Assembly: GCA_016748015.1 (NCBI GenBank)
Contig: JAAOMT010000760.1
Coordinates: forward strand, 758,216-822,215
Length of the DNA stretch: 64,000 bases
Direction of reading: 5' to 3'
From: Geosiphon pyriformis uo1
Taxonomy: Eukaryota; Fungi; Glomeromycota
The position numbers were made by a program, and so were the translations under genes. Of the stretch, positions 13,350 to 28,374 are shown one piece after another. The notes beneath the pieces are model-generated. The model was not told the origin of the DNA and made no database searches. It was given only the letters and a program-made list of their open reading frames with translations. Position 1 is the stretch's first letter; every line of letters starts with the position of its first letter.

Positions 13350-16300
13350 TTAATGAAAAATTATGAAAATTTGAATCCAAGTTTTTTTGATCTTGATGCT
13401 ATCCATGAACATTTTGAAAATTGATTGTATTTAGAAGCAACATTTAAAATTGCGTGAAGTTTAGAATTAGAGATAGGAAAGTAGGAAGTGATTTTGAAAA
13501 TTAATTTAAAGAATTAATATAGTTCGTACAGATATGCCAAACTTTGACATCACTAATAGTAATAATTTCGATTGAAAAAAATCGAAATGATTTTTAAAAG
13601 TGAAAATTTTCCACTATTTAGGTTGTTGGCGGGAAAGCAATTTTGTTAGCCGTCTTTTTTAAATAAGATCAAATTAAATGAAAACCTATGACTTTTTTAT
13701 ATAAATTCATATTTTTATAAACTTCAAACCCAGAAAAGATGAAATAAAATATTTTTACATTTTCAAAATAAATTTCTATTTCATGAAAAGAAAAATCTTT
13801 AAAAGGATTTAAATTCAAATTTTTTTTTGAAACCATTCAAGAAGAATCAACTTTATTATGAGATTTCAAAGTATAAAATTTTTATCTGAATTTTTTGGTA
13901 TGAAAAAGAAAATTTTTATTTCCAAGAAATCTCTAGCTAATTTTGGTTCCAAAAAATAACAAGAATTTGAAATATTCAAATTCCAATTCATTCCAAATTC
14001 TCTTATTAGTTAAGTTTTTATATCTTTTTATTACATTTTTTATCTTTTGCTTTTTTGTTTTGATAAAAAAATGGTTTAATAAATATAAATCATGTCAAAA
14101 ACATCTGTTTCTGTTGGCCTCAAAATAAATTAAAACGAATCTATCATCAACTATTTAACCTTTTTAACTGGATCATAATGTTTTAAGGATCTATTTCCGT
14201 CTTATAAACTTTTATAATTTATTTATCTTTGGCTAGGATTTTAAGCATGATGTTAAAGAGATCTTTACGTCATTGGTACAAAATTCAAAGGTATAAACAG
14301 TTGAAGCGATAGTGATTATCCTCTTTGGGGTATCCGTGATTGCACAAACTTATAAGCATATGGGCCATGGGAAGAAATTGAAATCATTTCTCATAAATTT
14401 TATTTCAAAAATAGTAGTATAACAATTAAACCATTTCAAACAGGGACAAAATTATTTCAAAATGTGAAACAGATGATTGATTTCACGTAAACCTTCATTG
14501 ACGACTAATTTATATTACACGAACTGGATGTCTTCGAAACCCGCGGGCTACACCACATCAATTAATCTACGTTTCATTCACTAGCTAGTGAACCACCACC
14601 AACCAAATTAATAGACCGTTGCGTGAGAGTAGTTATTGTGAAATTCAAACTCTCCTGGTACACCGAAAGCCAACTAAAAACTTCAGGTGCAACATATGGC
14701 GATCAACTAGAATCGTCTCCAGGTGTATAGAGACGGAAGTTTAGCCAAAGAAAAACAAGGTATCTTTGCATAAGAATAATTATGCATTGAACGTAGGGTC
14801 AATTGTGAAATGGATCATAAAAATTTTATGAAAGAAGTGTCGAGCGATCAAGTACAAGAACTGTTTCCCTTCCGTCGTTGATTTCGTCCTAGGTTTGAAG
14901 TGCATTCAGCGGTATGGTAGGGTTACTTCATGGCCATTAAAAAAAAAAAAAAGATAAAGATTTAATGAAAGCTGTGATAGAGGGGAAACAAAAATGGGAC
15001 TAATTAATTGAAAACAAACGAACCAGTATCTTGGACTTGACCTGAGAATACACTTTTTGCCTTCGATAGAAGGGCATTTTCTTGTTTACATGTTTTATAT
15101 TCATTAAATTAAATCTTTGAGAGGGGGGGGGGAACCTTGATCTCAAGCTTTCACATTTATGATTATATAAAGAACGATTATGGATGACAAGATTGAAGAT
15201 TGGGTCTTTTTGATAGGGAATCTACTTAATGTATGAGAATTTCTCAATTTTATAGAAGTATTTAGCAATACTGATTTTCTCTTTTTTTTACCAAACCAGA
15301 ATGATGGATTGGCCGATTCGCTGTATGTACATCATCATCACAATGAAAGACATAATTAATTAAACATTTATTTGATTAAGAATTCCACTGTACTCCCTAA
15401 GACAATAGCTCCTATTTTTCGTTTGTTTATCGGGGTATCAGTTTGGTTGTCTCAGGTTATTATTTCAGCCGTAGTTTTATTGGTCCGCAGGCGTATCACG
15501 AATTTTAGATGTTTATTAAACAAATAGATTATATTTTAATTTATTTTAAACTTGCCCCAATTTAATATTCTAAAAAAAATTAGAATTTAAAATAGCATGC
15601 CAAAACCAAAATTGTGGGACTAAAAGGAGAACTGACATAAACTTCCCTCTTTCCACTCAATATAATCATAAAAACTTCTTACCTAACGATTTTACATTAT
15701 AAAAGCTGAGCACAGTAAAATTATCAAATACATCTATTTATGTAAATTTGCAATCTGAAAAACTGAGGTATAATATAGATGACTAATTGAAGTTGAATTC
15801 TTTGAACTTTTTTTGTTTTCTTGAAATGTTTTTTGCTACCAATCCGGGAAGAATCAATACAATATGTACGCTTTTTAAAAAAATTAAAAATTAAAAAATT
15901 ACTCCTAATTGTTATTCGAAAACTTTGATGAAATTCCAGCTCGATTTCTGTATGATAAATTTATCATCTACAGATGAAAGAAATGCAGTGACTTCCCAGA
16001 TGAAGGACCTGGATTAGATAGATAAAAACTATCTATCAATCAGATTAGTATTTGTTTTGCCCAATAAAATTTAAAAATATTGAGATTGCTCTCATTAAGG
16101 GTGCCTTAAATTATATAACTAGTTTTAGAAATCATATGAAAAATGGTTAACTTAAAAGTAAAAAATTCTCAAATCGGCGGTTCTTATGTATGAAAATAAA
16201 TAATTCCATTCCCATTTGTAACCATGAAAATTATTTTGAAATAAGGGAAATGAAGTTCAAGTTTATATTACTGGTTTTTTACTTTGTAAATTATGCTTTT

Positions 16301-19300
16301 CTATAGTGATGGGAGAAGGGGGGTGTAGTCTATCCAGTTAAGCAGAAATTTTTACAATTAAACATACTCATTTTATTTTTAGCCCACATAGTTAATATAT
16401 ATTTTAATGGAAAATAAATTATTAATTTTACATCATTTTCAAATATAAGGTTTTTTAATTTTAAGAATTTCTTATTAAATCAAAGTAAAAACTTCTTCAG
16501 GATAAAATGTTTTGATTTTTAATTATAAATATAATGGAGAAATGGCTATCTTTGATGACGTTAGTTAATTATAATTATTAAAAAAAACTTGGAGCACTAT
16601 TTGAACAGTAAAACCGTGTAAATGTTTTTTTTTAAAGGTCTGTTAATAAATTTTAGCCTATATGCCATATTATATTTGATTTTAAAAAAATCTTCAAAAT
16701 TTAATTGAAATCATAATGAAAATGAATATTTTTTAATTTATAAATAAAAAATTTATATTTTTAAAATAATTATTATTTCACAAATTTGTTCTATAAAATC
16801 AAGAATAAAAGGTTTATTATTATAATCAAAACAAATGTGTTTTTTTAAATAATGCCTTTACCAGTAATGATACAATTAATATGGATAAAATTAATTTTTA
16901 TAGCGGTCAATGTAAACATGAAAATAAACATTTATATTTTAACGGTTATTTCCTTAAATCGAACCAGTAATGAACAATTATTCAATTTCAATTATTCCCG
17001 AAAAATGATCAAGAAGGCTTTTCTAAAGTATTATAACATTCGTTAAAAATGTTGGATTCTCGACAATTAATCTCACCCGTTGTTAATAATGAACTTGTAA
17101 TTCTCTATAAACATGAATTTTTTCAAATCATGAAAAAGTAAACTAAAAAAAATTCTTGAAAAGCATTCATACGTTTCTAAAATCAGTAAAAATATTAGTA
17201 GCGATGCTACAAAAAAGGTAATTATTAAATGACACCCGCAAACCTTTGCCAAGAGCCCCCAAAAGCGATTCCATGAACTGAATATCTATATGAATAAATT
17301 CAAGCTTGGAATCAGTTTAAATTTCGTTACTGGACTTATTATAAAATTTCAATATTTCTATTGAAATGTTTAGCCAGTGATCTTTGAGTTGGTGGTATTT
17401 TGGTGATGGGTATTAATAAATTTAACGTGTTGTTCGGATTATAAAAATATAAAAGTAAGATTCTTTAAAAGATTAATATTGATTTGGCAAAGTCCCATAA
17501 CAAAATTCTGAATTCATCGTAAATGATCAAAATAATTAATACTTCTTTTTCAATTATGGGAAGACTTTCAAGAAATTTTGACGAATTAACAATTTCCTTT
17601 TCCTATGATTTGACAAAATCTTTTGATAGATTTTTAATTGATTGCCCAGCCGAGATACGATGAAAGGAATTGTTTATCTTGTCATCGTGGTGGTCTTTGA
17701 TATATATTAACAAAATCTTGAAATTCCAATATCTTAGATCAATACGATAACGCTTGTACTGAATTATCATGGTAAAATTGGTAACATGATCATTGAAATA
17801 TGTCATTCATTCTTTGAAAATCTACAACTTGATTAATCAAGAGCCAAAAAAAAATTTTTAGTTAAGACTATAAAAAGTTTAAGAAAAAAATGTTTTAAAG
17901 TAAAGCTCAAAAGAAAACTTCAATCTATGATTCTGTAAAATAAAAAAAGTATTGAGAGAAACATTAAAAGCACCAATTAATATATAATTAGATCTTGTAG
18001 AGCTTCTTAGTTCTTTTGTAACTTTGTACCTCTTGATGAGTTTTGTCACAATAAATGCAGTCTATAATGAAATTTTAATTGCATTTTGAAATGTAGCAAG
18101 ACCTTTCCCTCTAAGAGCCACCTTGATTAAAAGATAAGTCGGAAGACTTATTTTGTGTACAGTGTTTATCAAAGGATATTTGATTCAATTCAAAAATGCA
18201 AAATCTTACATGTTATCAAAAATTTCGAATTTTCTCCTGCGTTATTAATCGAGATAGAATCGAAAAAAACTCTCTTTATTCTTGATTTCTCCAAGTACTA
18301 TGACAGCATAATTTTTTCGAAAAGAAATTGTAAACATTTTTACAAATCATTATATTTTTGAATTCCAAAATTTTTAATAATACTAAATTTTTTTTAACAT
18401 GTTATTTTTTTGTTGATAACAATATAATAAATATTAATTTTAAATAATTTTTGTAATTCCTAATAATAATAATAATAATAATAATATCATTTAGAAACAA
18501 TCTTGTTAAGAAATGCCATAATAAAAATTATCATTTATATTAATTTATTTATTAAATAGCATAAATATTTTATTTTAAAAAACAAAACCCAAGTTTACTT
18601 TTATTGTAGTTAATTAATGCATTATTGCTCAATAAACTACTATATAATATTGTGATTATTATAATACAATTTTTATAATTAATCAATTTATGAAATAAAA
18701 ATTAAAAAATTTGTTTATTAAAATACCAATAACATTAATAAATAATTTTTGAAGCATATATGTTTTTTGTTTTTATTAATATTAACAGTGATTTTAAAAT
18801 TTTCATTGAAAAGCTATGATTAATTTCTTGATTTGAATATCAATTACATATTTCTGGTTATTTTTTTACATGATTTTATTTTTAAAATTATTTACTGTTT
18901 CTTTAAAAACAAAATTGAATAAAAATGTCATCAGTTATTATTTTCTATTCTTATACATTCTTGATTCTGTTTTATCTTGTTCATAACTGAGATTCTCTGA
19001 CCTTATTTTAGCAAAATTCTCACTGTGTGATAGAAAAAAACTCAAATTTACCTATAGAATTATATTCAAAATTTTATTAATAAACGTTATAAAAATTTTG
19101 TCTTAATAAATTTTTTATGTATTATTATTTTAACCGAAAAAAAATTTGTAAAATGTTTATCGAATTTTATAACCAATTTTTTTTTAGGGCTAAAGAATAA
19201 AGTAAAAAGATCTTTTAAAATAAAAATTTGTTATATATTTATTTTTACCTTTTTTCTATTTATTACTTTAACATCTTTTTTTGTTTTTTTTTACAATTTT

Positions 19301-22300
19301 TTGTGGAATAATTAAACCCAATCTGGGTGAAAACAAAGTGTTCAAGTATAATAAGTGTGGAATAGTGATTAATAAGGATTTTAATCGTATCCAAAGGATA
19401 TTCTTGAGAACTTTCCTTGATATTTGTTTTTTTATAGTATTTGTTGATTATTCATTAGGTTTTGACTTATTGAGGAAAAGAAATTGATTTAAACTCGTTT
19501 TATAATCTTGACATGTGGACTCAAAAACTACTCAGATTAAAAATTAATATTGTGTGATTCACATTAGAAATTTTGTTTTTCAAATTTGAGATTAAAATTT
19601 CCTTAAAAATACCATTTCCAGTTGTTCAAAATAGTCTATTTATTTTAAAAAGGAACTTATTTCAAATTTGACTAATAATCAAGTTGATTTTTATTATAAT
19701 TTTCCATGATTCCTTTTGCATTTTATTTTTTGGAATAAGATATTCCAAAAAATAAAATACTTCAAATAATATCTACAAGATTCTATATTTGCAATGGATC
19801 CCAATTTTTAACATTTTAGGTCGATAAATTTAATCAAGGGACAATTCAATCTTATATAGAAATATTTCTTGACAAGATTTTTAATACAAGCATACTTTTG
19901 ATATCTGAACGTCATCAAGAAAATTATAAATTGCAACAAAATTAGGTAATTTACGTCAAACCATATTTTTACCTAATCGAATCCAAATATTTTACCATGA
20001 TGTACTTTGTCCATATTTTGAAAATAATGCCTAATTTCAAAAAAATCCCGGATTTTTAGAATCTATTCTTGCAAAAAAAATTTAAAATTTAGGTTTATGG
20101 GCGTATTCAAAATAATTGATGGTTGGGGGTGCGATATCTAAATTAAAAATTAAAAAATGACAGAGTTGGTCAGCCGAGTGAAGATTAATTGATATACTCT
20201 TACATAATTGGTCATTGGGGCAATAAAACAAAGAAAATCATTGATCAAACCTGTTTTCAAGTTCGGTCGCTGTTTTCCATGGTCCATTTTTGTAGGTAAA
20301 CGGGGCTGCGGCGATAGAAAAGTAGGTGCCAGAACTAAAGCGCATTTGATTAATGAGATATTAAATAACATATGCTTCTGCAGATAAGAACAAAAATAGT
20401 ATTAGTTTTTTATTGTAGACACTTAAGATGTTTATCCTGCAGAATTTACTGGTTGTATGTTTATTTGATACAAGGTTAAACTCGCTTCAAAGGCTATAAA
20501 GGTATGTATTCCCTACTTTTACTAAAAATTTAATTGAAAATGCGATACATGTGAAATTTTTGCTATTGGGCCCCATAGAAACCTTTTTTCGGGTAGCCAT
20601 ATTTTGAGACTAAATATTGGCCATTAGCAAAATGAACATATTGCAGCACTGCATTAGCTGTAGCAAGCTTTGACCAAAAATGGCATAAAGTTTGACAAAT
20701 TATGCAAAAGCCGCAGCTCAAAGGATATTCTTTGTTTCGGCCATATTTTGGGAACGTCCGCGGAATCAATAGTAAAGGGGGATTAGCGACAATGGATATA
20801 AATTGGTGAGGCTGCGAGCTTTATCCCGTCGAAAAACGCTGTTTCTAATAAATCAGCAAAAAGGTACTATAAATTTGCCCAACTAGTCTGTTTAATTTTG
20901 CTCATAAGATATAATTAAGCAATATTGTTATTTTAACCTTTAATAATAGGAAATAATGCTGATGAATGAAATACCGTGGGCCTCTTCTCAAGTTTCTTTT
21001 TTTAGAAACGATTATTTCTTTAGTATAAAATTAGCACCTTGGAACAATTCCAAATTCACAATTTACTCAAGCCTTTATCCTTATTAAAGTGCAAAAAACA
21101 CTCTGTATTGTCAAATTTTATTTGACAATATTTTTCCAATTTTTCACAGTCTTGTTGCGATGATTGTTGCAATCAGCTGTGATTAACAATTTCTTCAGAT
21201 GTTGAAGTCTTAAACACTAGTCGTGGTGCCGGTTGTCCGGCACTCCTTAATCCCTCTACAAGTTTTGTTTGGCAAACTTTCCATCCCATCAAAGTATCAT
21301 CAGATACACCACAAAAATCTTAGTAAATCCAAATTTTCGTAACCGGCAATCACGCTTCGTTCACAAAACCTCTCTTTTCTTGATCCTCGCGCAATCTTAC
21401 AATTTTGAACATAATTAACAAGAGAAGTTAAATTGAAGGAAATCGTGAAGTCAAAACTTCTGAAAGAACTGGGCGGATTTTCGCAAATTTGCCAAGTGTT
21501 CGTGAAGGCTTGGGGAATTTTTAGAGAAATTTTATGTTAGTTTATTTATTTTAAACTTAAATAATAAAAATATGATATGTATTCATTCTTTAAGAAAAAT
21601 TAAGAAATAAAATGTACAAAATACTTAAAAATTTTGTTTGCAGGTCATTACCAAATTCTTAATATCTAATTGAAATTTTCGTCAGCCACATAGTGTATAA
21701 GCCCTTTGTTTCTATCAAAGACCCTTCAAAAGTCTTTGCTTTCAATCAATTAAGCCCTAGAATTATTTGAAATTTCTGACGTACGCGACCAGAAATTTTA
21801 TCCAGATATGATATAAAACATCTAACAAATATTTTTCTAGTCGATTCTATCTTATGAATACAAAATATGCTAAATAATGAAAAGTAATTTATTAATTTAA
21901 AATGTTAAAATTTATTTCTCATACGTTTTTTAATATGTTTTTTGAAAACATAATTATTAGCTTTGCAATTTACATTATCTACATTTTACAATATATCTTT
22001 TTCATTTGATTTCAAAAAATATAAAATATAAAATTGAAAAACCACTATTCAATATTATAAATTTACACAAAGCTAAATTCATTTTTTTTTAATTATAGGT
22101 ATATTTTCAAATTTGAAATTTAATTAATAAAAAATTAAACATAAAAAAATATTTATATATAACATTATAAAAATAAATAATAATTTTGTAAAATATTTCA
22201 TAATATATATATTGTTCTTATTAATAATAATTTTATTATATTTAATTTTATTAATTCTAAAATAAAAAGTTTATATACGATTTATAACTTAAATATTACT

Positions 22301-23845
22301 TGTATAGTTTTCTTTTTGATTTTCTTTAATTAAACAGATTTAAAAAATCAATTAAAAAATTAAATTTTTTTTAATATCTTATAATTCAATAAAACTTATT
22401 TATAAATAATAGCTGATATAAAACTCTATTTGACTCATAATTAAATATTTAGATTAATAAATATTTATTAATTATTTAAAATTACAATATATTAATAAAT
22501 TTTTGCAATTAAATTTTTATTAATTAAAAAAATTTCAACCATATTTTAGAAAAACAACGCAAAATTATAAAAATTATAAACATATAGTATATCAAAGTTA
22601 ATATATTAAAAAATTAATTCAAAAATTTAAGAACTATTACTTTTTAATTTTGTAAATTTCATGGTTATAATTTAAATAAAAAAACTTAAATAAAAGATTG
22701 TAAAACTATTTGTCTAAAAATACTACTTTAAATATAAATAAAAAAACTTGATAAAATTCAACTATAAATAATTTGTGTTATTTTGAATTTATTCAAAAAA
22801 AATTTATAAAATTTAAACTATGTTATTTATTTTAATAAAAGTTTCAAACTTTTGTTTTAAAATTATAATTTATTATAGATATATAAATATATTAAAATAT
22901 TTACACTATTATATTTAAGACAATGTATATTTACTATATATAATTAGTAAAAATATTTTTTAATATACTAAATTAAAAAAAATTTGCTATTATAACATAA
23001 TATTAAATTAAGTTTTAAAAATAATCAAAACACTATTAATTTATTAATTAACTATAATATTATCATAATTTTTAAAGTAATTTTAATTTTGATTTAGATA
23101 AAATACAAATTTTTTTAAATCAGATTTTGAAATATAAAAAACAAATATATATTATTAAACTTAATTATAATAAAAAAATTAAATATTAAAAGTTTATTTA
23201 TTTAAAACTTAACTAATATACACAATATTTAATTTTTTAATAAACAAAACTTTAACTTTTATTATTTTTTAGTGTTTTATTAATAATAATTATATTATTT
23301 AATCTTATTTTGGTTGTAAACAAAAACTTTTTTTATTTTAATAATAATAATAACATATTTGCCAAATTTGTTTGTATTGTTTAACATAATTAATTAATTT
23401 TAAAAACAAAAATAATTATATTTTAATATATTATTTTACTTATTTAGTATTATTATAGTTAAAACTTTTAATTTTTAATTATATTATTTATTTATTTATC
23501 TATATTTAGTTATATATATTTATTATTAATATTATTATATTATCTATTTTATGTTTAAAATTAGTTATTAATATAATTAATTATTTAATTAATAACATAA
23601 TTATTAACTTGGTTATTAACTTGGTTATTAATTTAATTATTAATATAATCATTAATTTTTTTTAAAAGTATATAAATAAGATTTTTTTAAACTATAAAAA
23701 TTTATTTATACTTAAATCAATTTATTTAAACAAAAATTAATACAATAATATTAATTTTTTTATTTTATTACTATTATTATTATTATTTTTTGATATGTAT
23801 TAATTAATTACAAAAAAAAAAAATCTTTGTCTTCTTAATTTTATA

Positions 23846-25786
23846 ATTACAACCAAAACAAAGAGTAAAAAAGCTGTACCTGATATCTTTCTTGAAATAT
23901 CTAATAAGATTTTAACCAGAAAAGCTCTCTCTATTGTAGAAGCAACCAAATAGAACGTTTTAAAAGCTTTTTTCTTATCTAATAATCATAAAAAACTGTC
24001 TTTGGTGGTTACTGAAGCAACTTTTTCTTCTTTGGCTGGTTTTTCATCAGTCAAAGTTCTTTCAAAAAAACACATTTGGGTTAGTCCCAGTATTGCTTCT
24101 ATTCTAACTAAGAGCCCTAAAGTTTTTAATAATAAACTATTTAACAAGCTAGTTTTCTCTTCTTTAGCTTTAACATCTAATGTTTCTAGCACCACATCTT
24201 CAAAAAAAATGGTCAAAAAGACCAAAAGTTTAAAAAAGTAAAAGCAGTCATTTGTCTTTGCTATTATTATACTAAATTCTTTTGTAGTTCCCAATGAGAT
24301 CTTAGGTAAGATCTCTATAGCATTATCTTGCATGTTATCTAAGATAAACCAAGATCAACCACTGGCTGTATTGCCAAATATGATGTCTTCCAGCAAATCA
24401 TTGCCAGTTTTAGAAGCAAAGCAATTATCTCCTGTTGAGTTATCTGTTTTTAAGAACTGGACTGATCAGATGAAAACTGAATTATCTTCTCCTTTGGTTT
24501 TTGGTGCTGTTGCTAGTGGTGTTTAGAAAACTATTGCTAGTCATTAGAAGTTTACTGGGTGAGTATCTTTTACTCTAATGCCTAAAACTACTTTCAAAAT
24601 CAAATTGGCTTATGTTAAGGCTGTTTTTCAGTTTGTACATGGTTTTTCAGGTGTGAAGTCAATTTCAAAGAACAATATAAAGCTCTTTTGTGTGGAGTTT
24701 ACTTTCCAAATCTCTTTGGATGTTGTATTTTTGGTTGAGTTTACAAGCTCTGTTTATCTTGCCACTTTTAAAATTGCCAAGTTTTTGGTAGTTTCTGAGT
24801 TTGGTTTCCCTTTTGCTGCTGTTGTGCTGTGTAATATGCCTTTGGGTGTGTTTGCTGCTAATATTAAAACAGCTCTTAGTATTTTTGGTATGGTTACTTA
24901 TGTTGTGCTAAAGTCTGCTGGCATTTGGCATTATGTGGTGGCTTATTTTAAGAAATTAGATTCTGCTGTATCTGTTTTAAATCATTGGTTAGTTTTAATA
25001 AGCAAACATAATATTAGAATTCTTCTTTTGATAAATCAAAATAAGACTATTTTGTCTCATGATAGGTTTAAGACCAAGTTGATCAACTTTTTTTTTGGCT
25101 GCACTGTTTTTAAAATCAGTGATATGATATTTTAGATTGGTAATTAGACCTGTTTTATTCCTCAGTTTCCTAATTCTAATTGTCATTTCTGCTTTGTTTT
25201 GGTTACATTCAGCTCTCAAGTTGATTTGAATCTTGCTGTTATTAAAACTGGTACACTAAAGAAGTGCTATGTTTGGTAAGAAATTCCTAGTTGTTAGTAT
25301 TATTTTAAGTGTTAAGAGTTAGGCCATCTGGCTGCAGACTGTAAGATTTCTTTACTTCTTCCTTCCAAGTTTTTTAAGATGTTTACATCATGCTTTGTTG
25401 GTTCAAAGTCTTATGCTAAGACTTCTGCTTCTTTGAGCTTTTCTGAATTTCTATCTTTGTCATTTCTTGTTTCTTCTTCAGTGGTTGTTGGTAATTCTTT
25501 AGTGCTGTTTTGTCTGTTTTCTTTGAAATCTGATTTAACTGAGCTTTTTGCTTTGGTTAAGTCTATTGTTAAATCAGTTGGTTCTTTGGTCAAATTGTTC
25601 AAACAAATTATTAATAAGAATTTGGTCTCTAGTAGCAACCTTGACCTTAAAGTTAATAAGATTTTGGTGCATATGAGTTCTTTTAATAAAATTATTGGTA
25701 AATTGGAGAGAGAGGTAGTTTCTTTAAAAAAGAAGTGTTACATAAAAGATATTGATATGTCTAGTGATTCAAATCACTTAGTTTAA
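23846..25786 (+). pseudogene. Degenerate ORF1 (gag-like) relic of a non-LTR retrotransposon, without ORF2
   Basis: T/G-rich interrupted ORFs with the same composition as the downstream LINE; decayed zinc knuckle YFKC*ELGHLAADCK (~25300-25345); many TAA/TAG stops; essentially no CpG. Confidence 0.65.
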
Positions 25787-28374
25787 TATATTATATTAAG
25801 TTGGCTTTTGGGCTGTATTCATTAAGCAATAAAAAAAAATATGTATAATTATTAACTTTATAAATTATATTAAATAAATATTTACTAAAAAGTACAATTA
25901 ATATCTAATATTAAATTTTAAAAGTATTAATATAATATATAAAATTATATTAGTGTATTATTTTTTATTAATAAAACAGACTATTTTTTTATTTCAAAAT
26001 TTTTTTTATCTTTTAAAAAAATAGTAAATAAAATATTTATAAGATTAATTTTATTTATTTATTAAAATTGAATAATTTTTTCATTATTTTATTATTATAC
26101 AATATTATTCTCTCTTATTATTTATTAATATATTATATTTAACCATAAAAATACTATTTTTAAAATTAATATAACTTATATTAATACTGTATTTTAATTT
26201 TTATATAGTTTTATTAACATAAAATTAATTATCAAAAACAATATTAAACTTTTTTGTATAAATTTTGTGTTTTAAATTTTTTTAAATACTGTTGTTAAAA
26301 TTATTTTGTTTACTTTTTATACTATTTTAAAATAATAAAATCTACTGTGGTTTTTATTTTATTTTTATTGTTATTGTTTTTTATAATATTTTTTGAATGT
26401 TTATATTAATATTATTAAAAATACTTTTGTAAAGTTTTTGATATAATAATAAAATTTATTTACTTATAATAATATGTTATTGTTTATTTTAAATTTTTAA
26501 AGCTTTTAAAATTGTTTTGTTTGCTAATAAATTTTAGTAAAATGATTAGTATTTAGATTTTTCTATTTTTTATTTGAATGTGTTGTTTTTGAAATTAATA
26601 ATATATTTATTTAAATTTATAACAAATTTGTTTTATTCTTAGCTTTTCAATTTTAATTGCTGTTAAAAATATACTATTGTTACTTTTAAGTTTAAAAAAG
26701 TTTTTAATATTATTATATTTAATAGAAAGCTCTTGAATATTATTATTATTATTATTATCAGTATTAAGTTTAAACTATTTAGTTTTTGATTGTAATACTG
26801 CTTTATTAAATATATTGTTAGCAATTAAAAAACAGTTAATATTTATTTGGTTTTTTAGAAATGCAAATAAAAAATATTATTAATTTAGTTATTAATATAT
26901 TCAAAAAAAAATTTTAAATTCAAAAAAAATTAAAGCACATAACTAATTAGTTAATTAATTTTTTTTCTTAATTTGTATTTGCATTAATTTTTAAAAAATA
27001 TAATAAATAATTATTTATTAAAAAATACAAATAATATCTGTTTTAAATTCTAAAACTATTAACTGAAACATAAAATTATATCAGCTGTATTATTTTTTGT
27101 TATTAGCATATACTATTTTTTATTTTAAAAAAATAATAACTGAAACTAATCTTAAATATTGAATTCTTACAAATTCAAATTGCTTTTTTGTTTGATTTTT
27201 TTATTTTTTATTTTTTTACTATACAATATTTGTTTTTATTTTAATTTATAATAATAGTAAAAAGATTACCAAATTGTGATTCAATAAAGTTGTTAAAATT
27301 ATTAATTAATATTAATGTGTTTTTCGAATTTATTAAGTATTTTAAACAAACTGGTTGTATTTTTATTAAAAAATCAACACAAATTTTTAATAGGATATCA
27401 TTAATTATTTAACAAAATAAATTTATTATCTTCAATTTGAATACAATCTATTTTTATTAAATAAATTCGAGTTTTAAATTTAGTTTATGTTTTTTTCTTA
27501 TATTTTTGCAATTAATCTTTTAATTATTTGTACAAATTAACTTATATTTATATAATTATGTTTAAAAAATTAAATTTCTATTAAAGTTTTTATTTGTAAT
27601 TGTAATAATTAAATTTTAAACGAATAAAATGTTTAATTTTTAATTTTATTGAAGTTTAATTATTGTTAAACCAAAATTTTTGATAATTTTATTATTAATA
27701 ACTATTTAAGTACATTAATTAATTGTTTATATTATTAAAATACTTATAATTTTAACTGTTTTTGTTTTATTATTTTATGTAATGTTTTAATAATTAACAA
27801 GTAATTTTTAAAAATATGTTCTTAAATTTGATTATTTTTTGTAAATAGATTAATTAATTAATTATTGTTAAAAATTATTATTTCAATTTTATATATTTAA
27901 TATATTTATAAAAATTTTATTTATTTTATCTATAAATATTTTTATTTGTTTAATTAAATTACCGAATTATATTTTAATTTTTAAAACATATTTAATACTA
28001 TTAAACACTAATATTAAAAAAACTGTGTTTTTAAAGCTTTTTTTATTTTTTTATTTATTTAATATATAAAACTTAATTATTATTTAATGTAATACAATTA
28101 CAAAAAATCTTAAATTAAACATAATTTATGTATTTTCTGTAATTAAACACAAGTCTAGTTCAGATTAAATTACATTAAAGCAACAGAAATAAATTTATTC
28201 AAAAAAGCTATTATTTAAACTATTTTAACTACTTTAATATTACTAAAAATTAATTTATCCAAATATTAAAATTTAATTTATTATATATATTATATTATAT
28301 TTTCAAATTTATTATCTTTTTATTTATATTACTAATCACTTTTTTTTAATTTTAAAAAACTAATAATATGATAG

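Noticed and set aside
14678-14700. PYVAPEVF kinase-like motif on the minus strand
   Set aside because: Flanked by stops with no other kinase subdomains.
14918-14925. TAACCCTA on the minus strand as a possible telomerase RNA template
   Set aside because: An 8-mer is expected by chance in 64 kb, and no supporting structure was identified.
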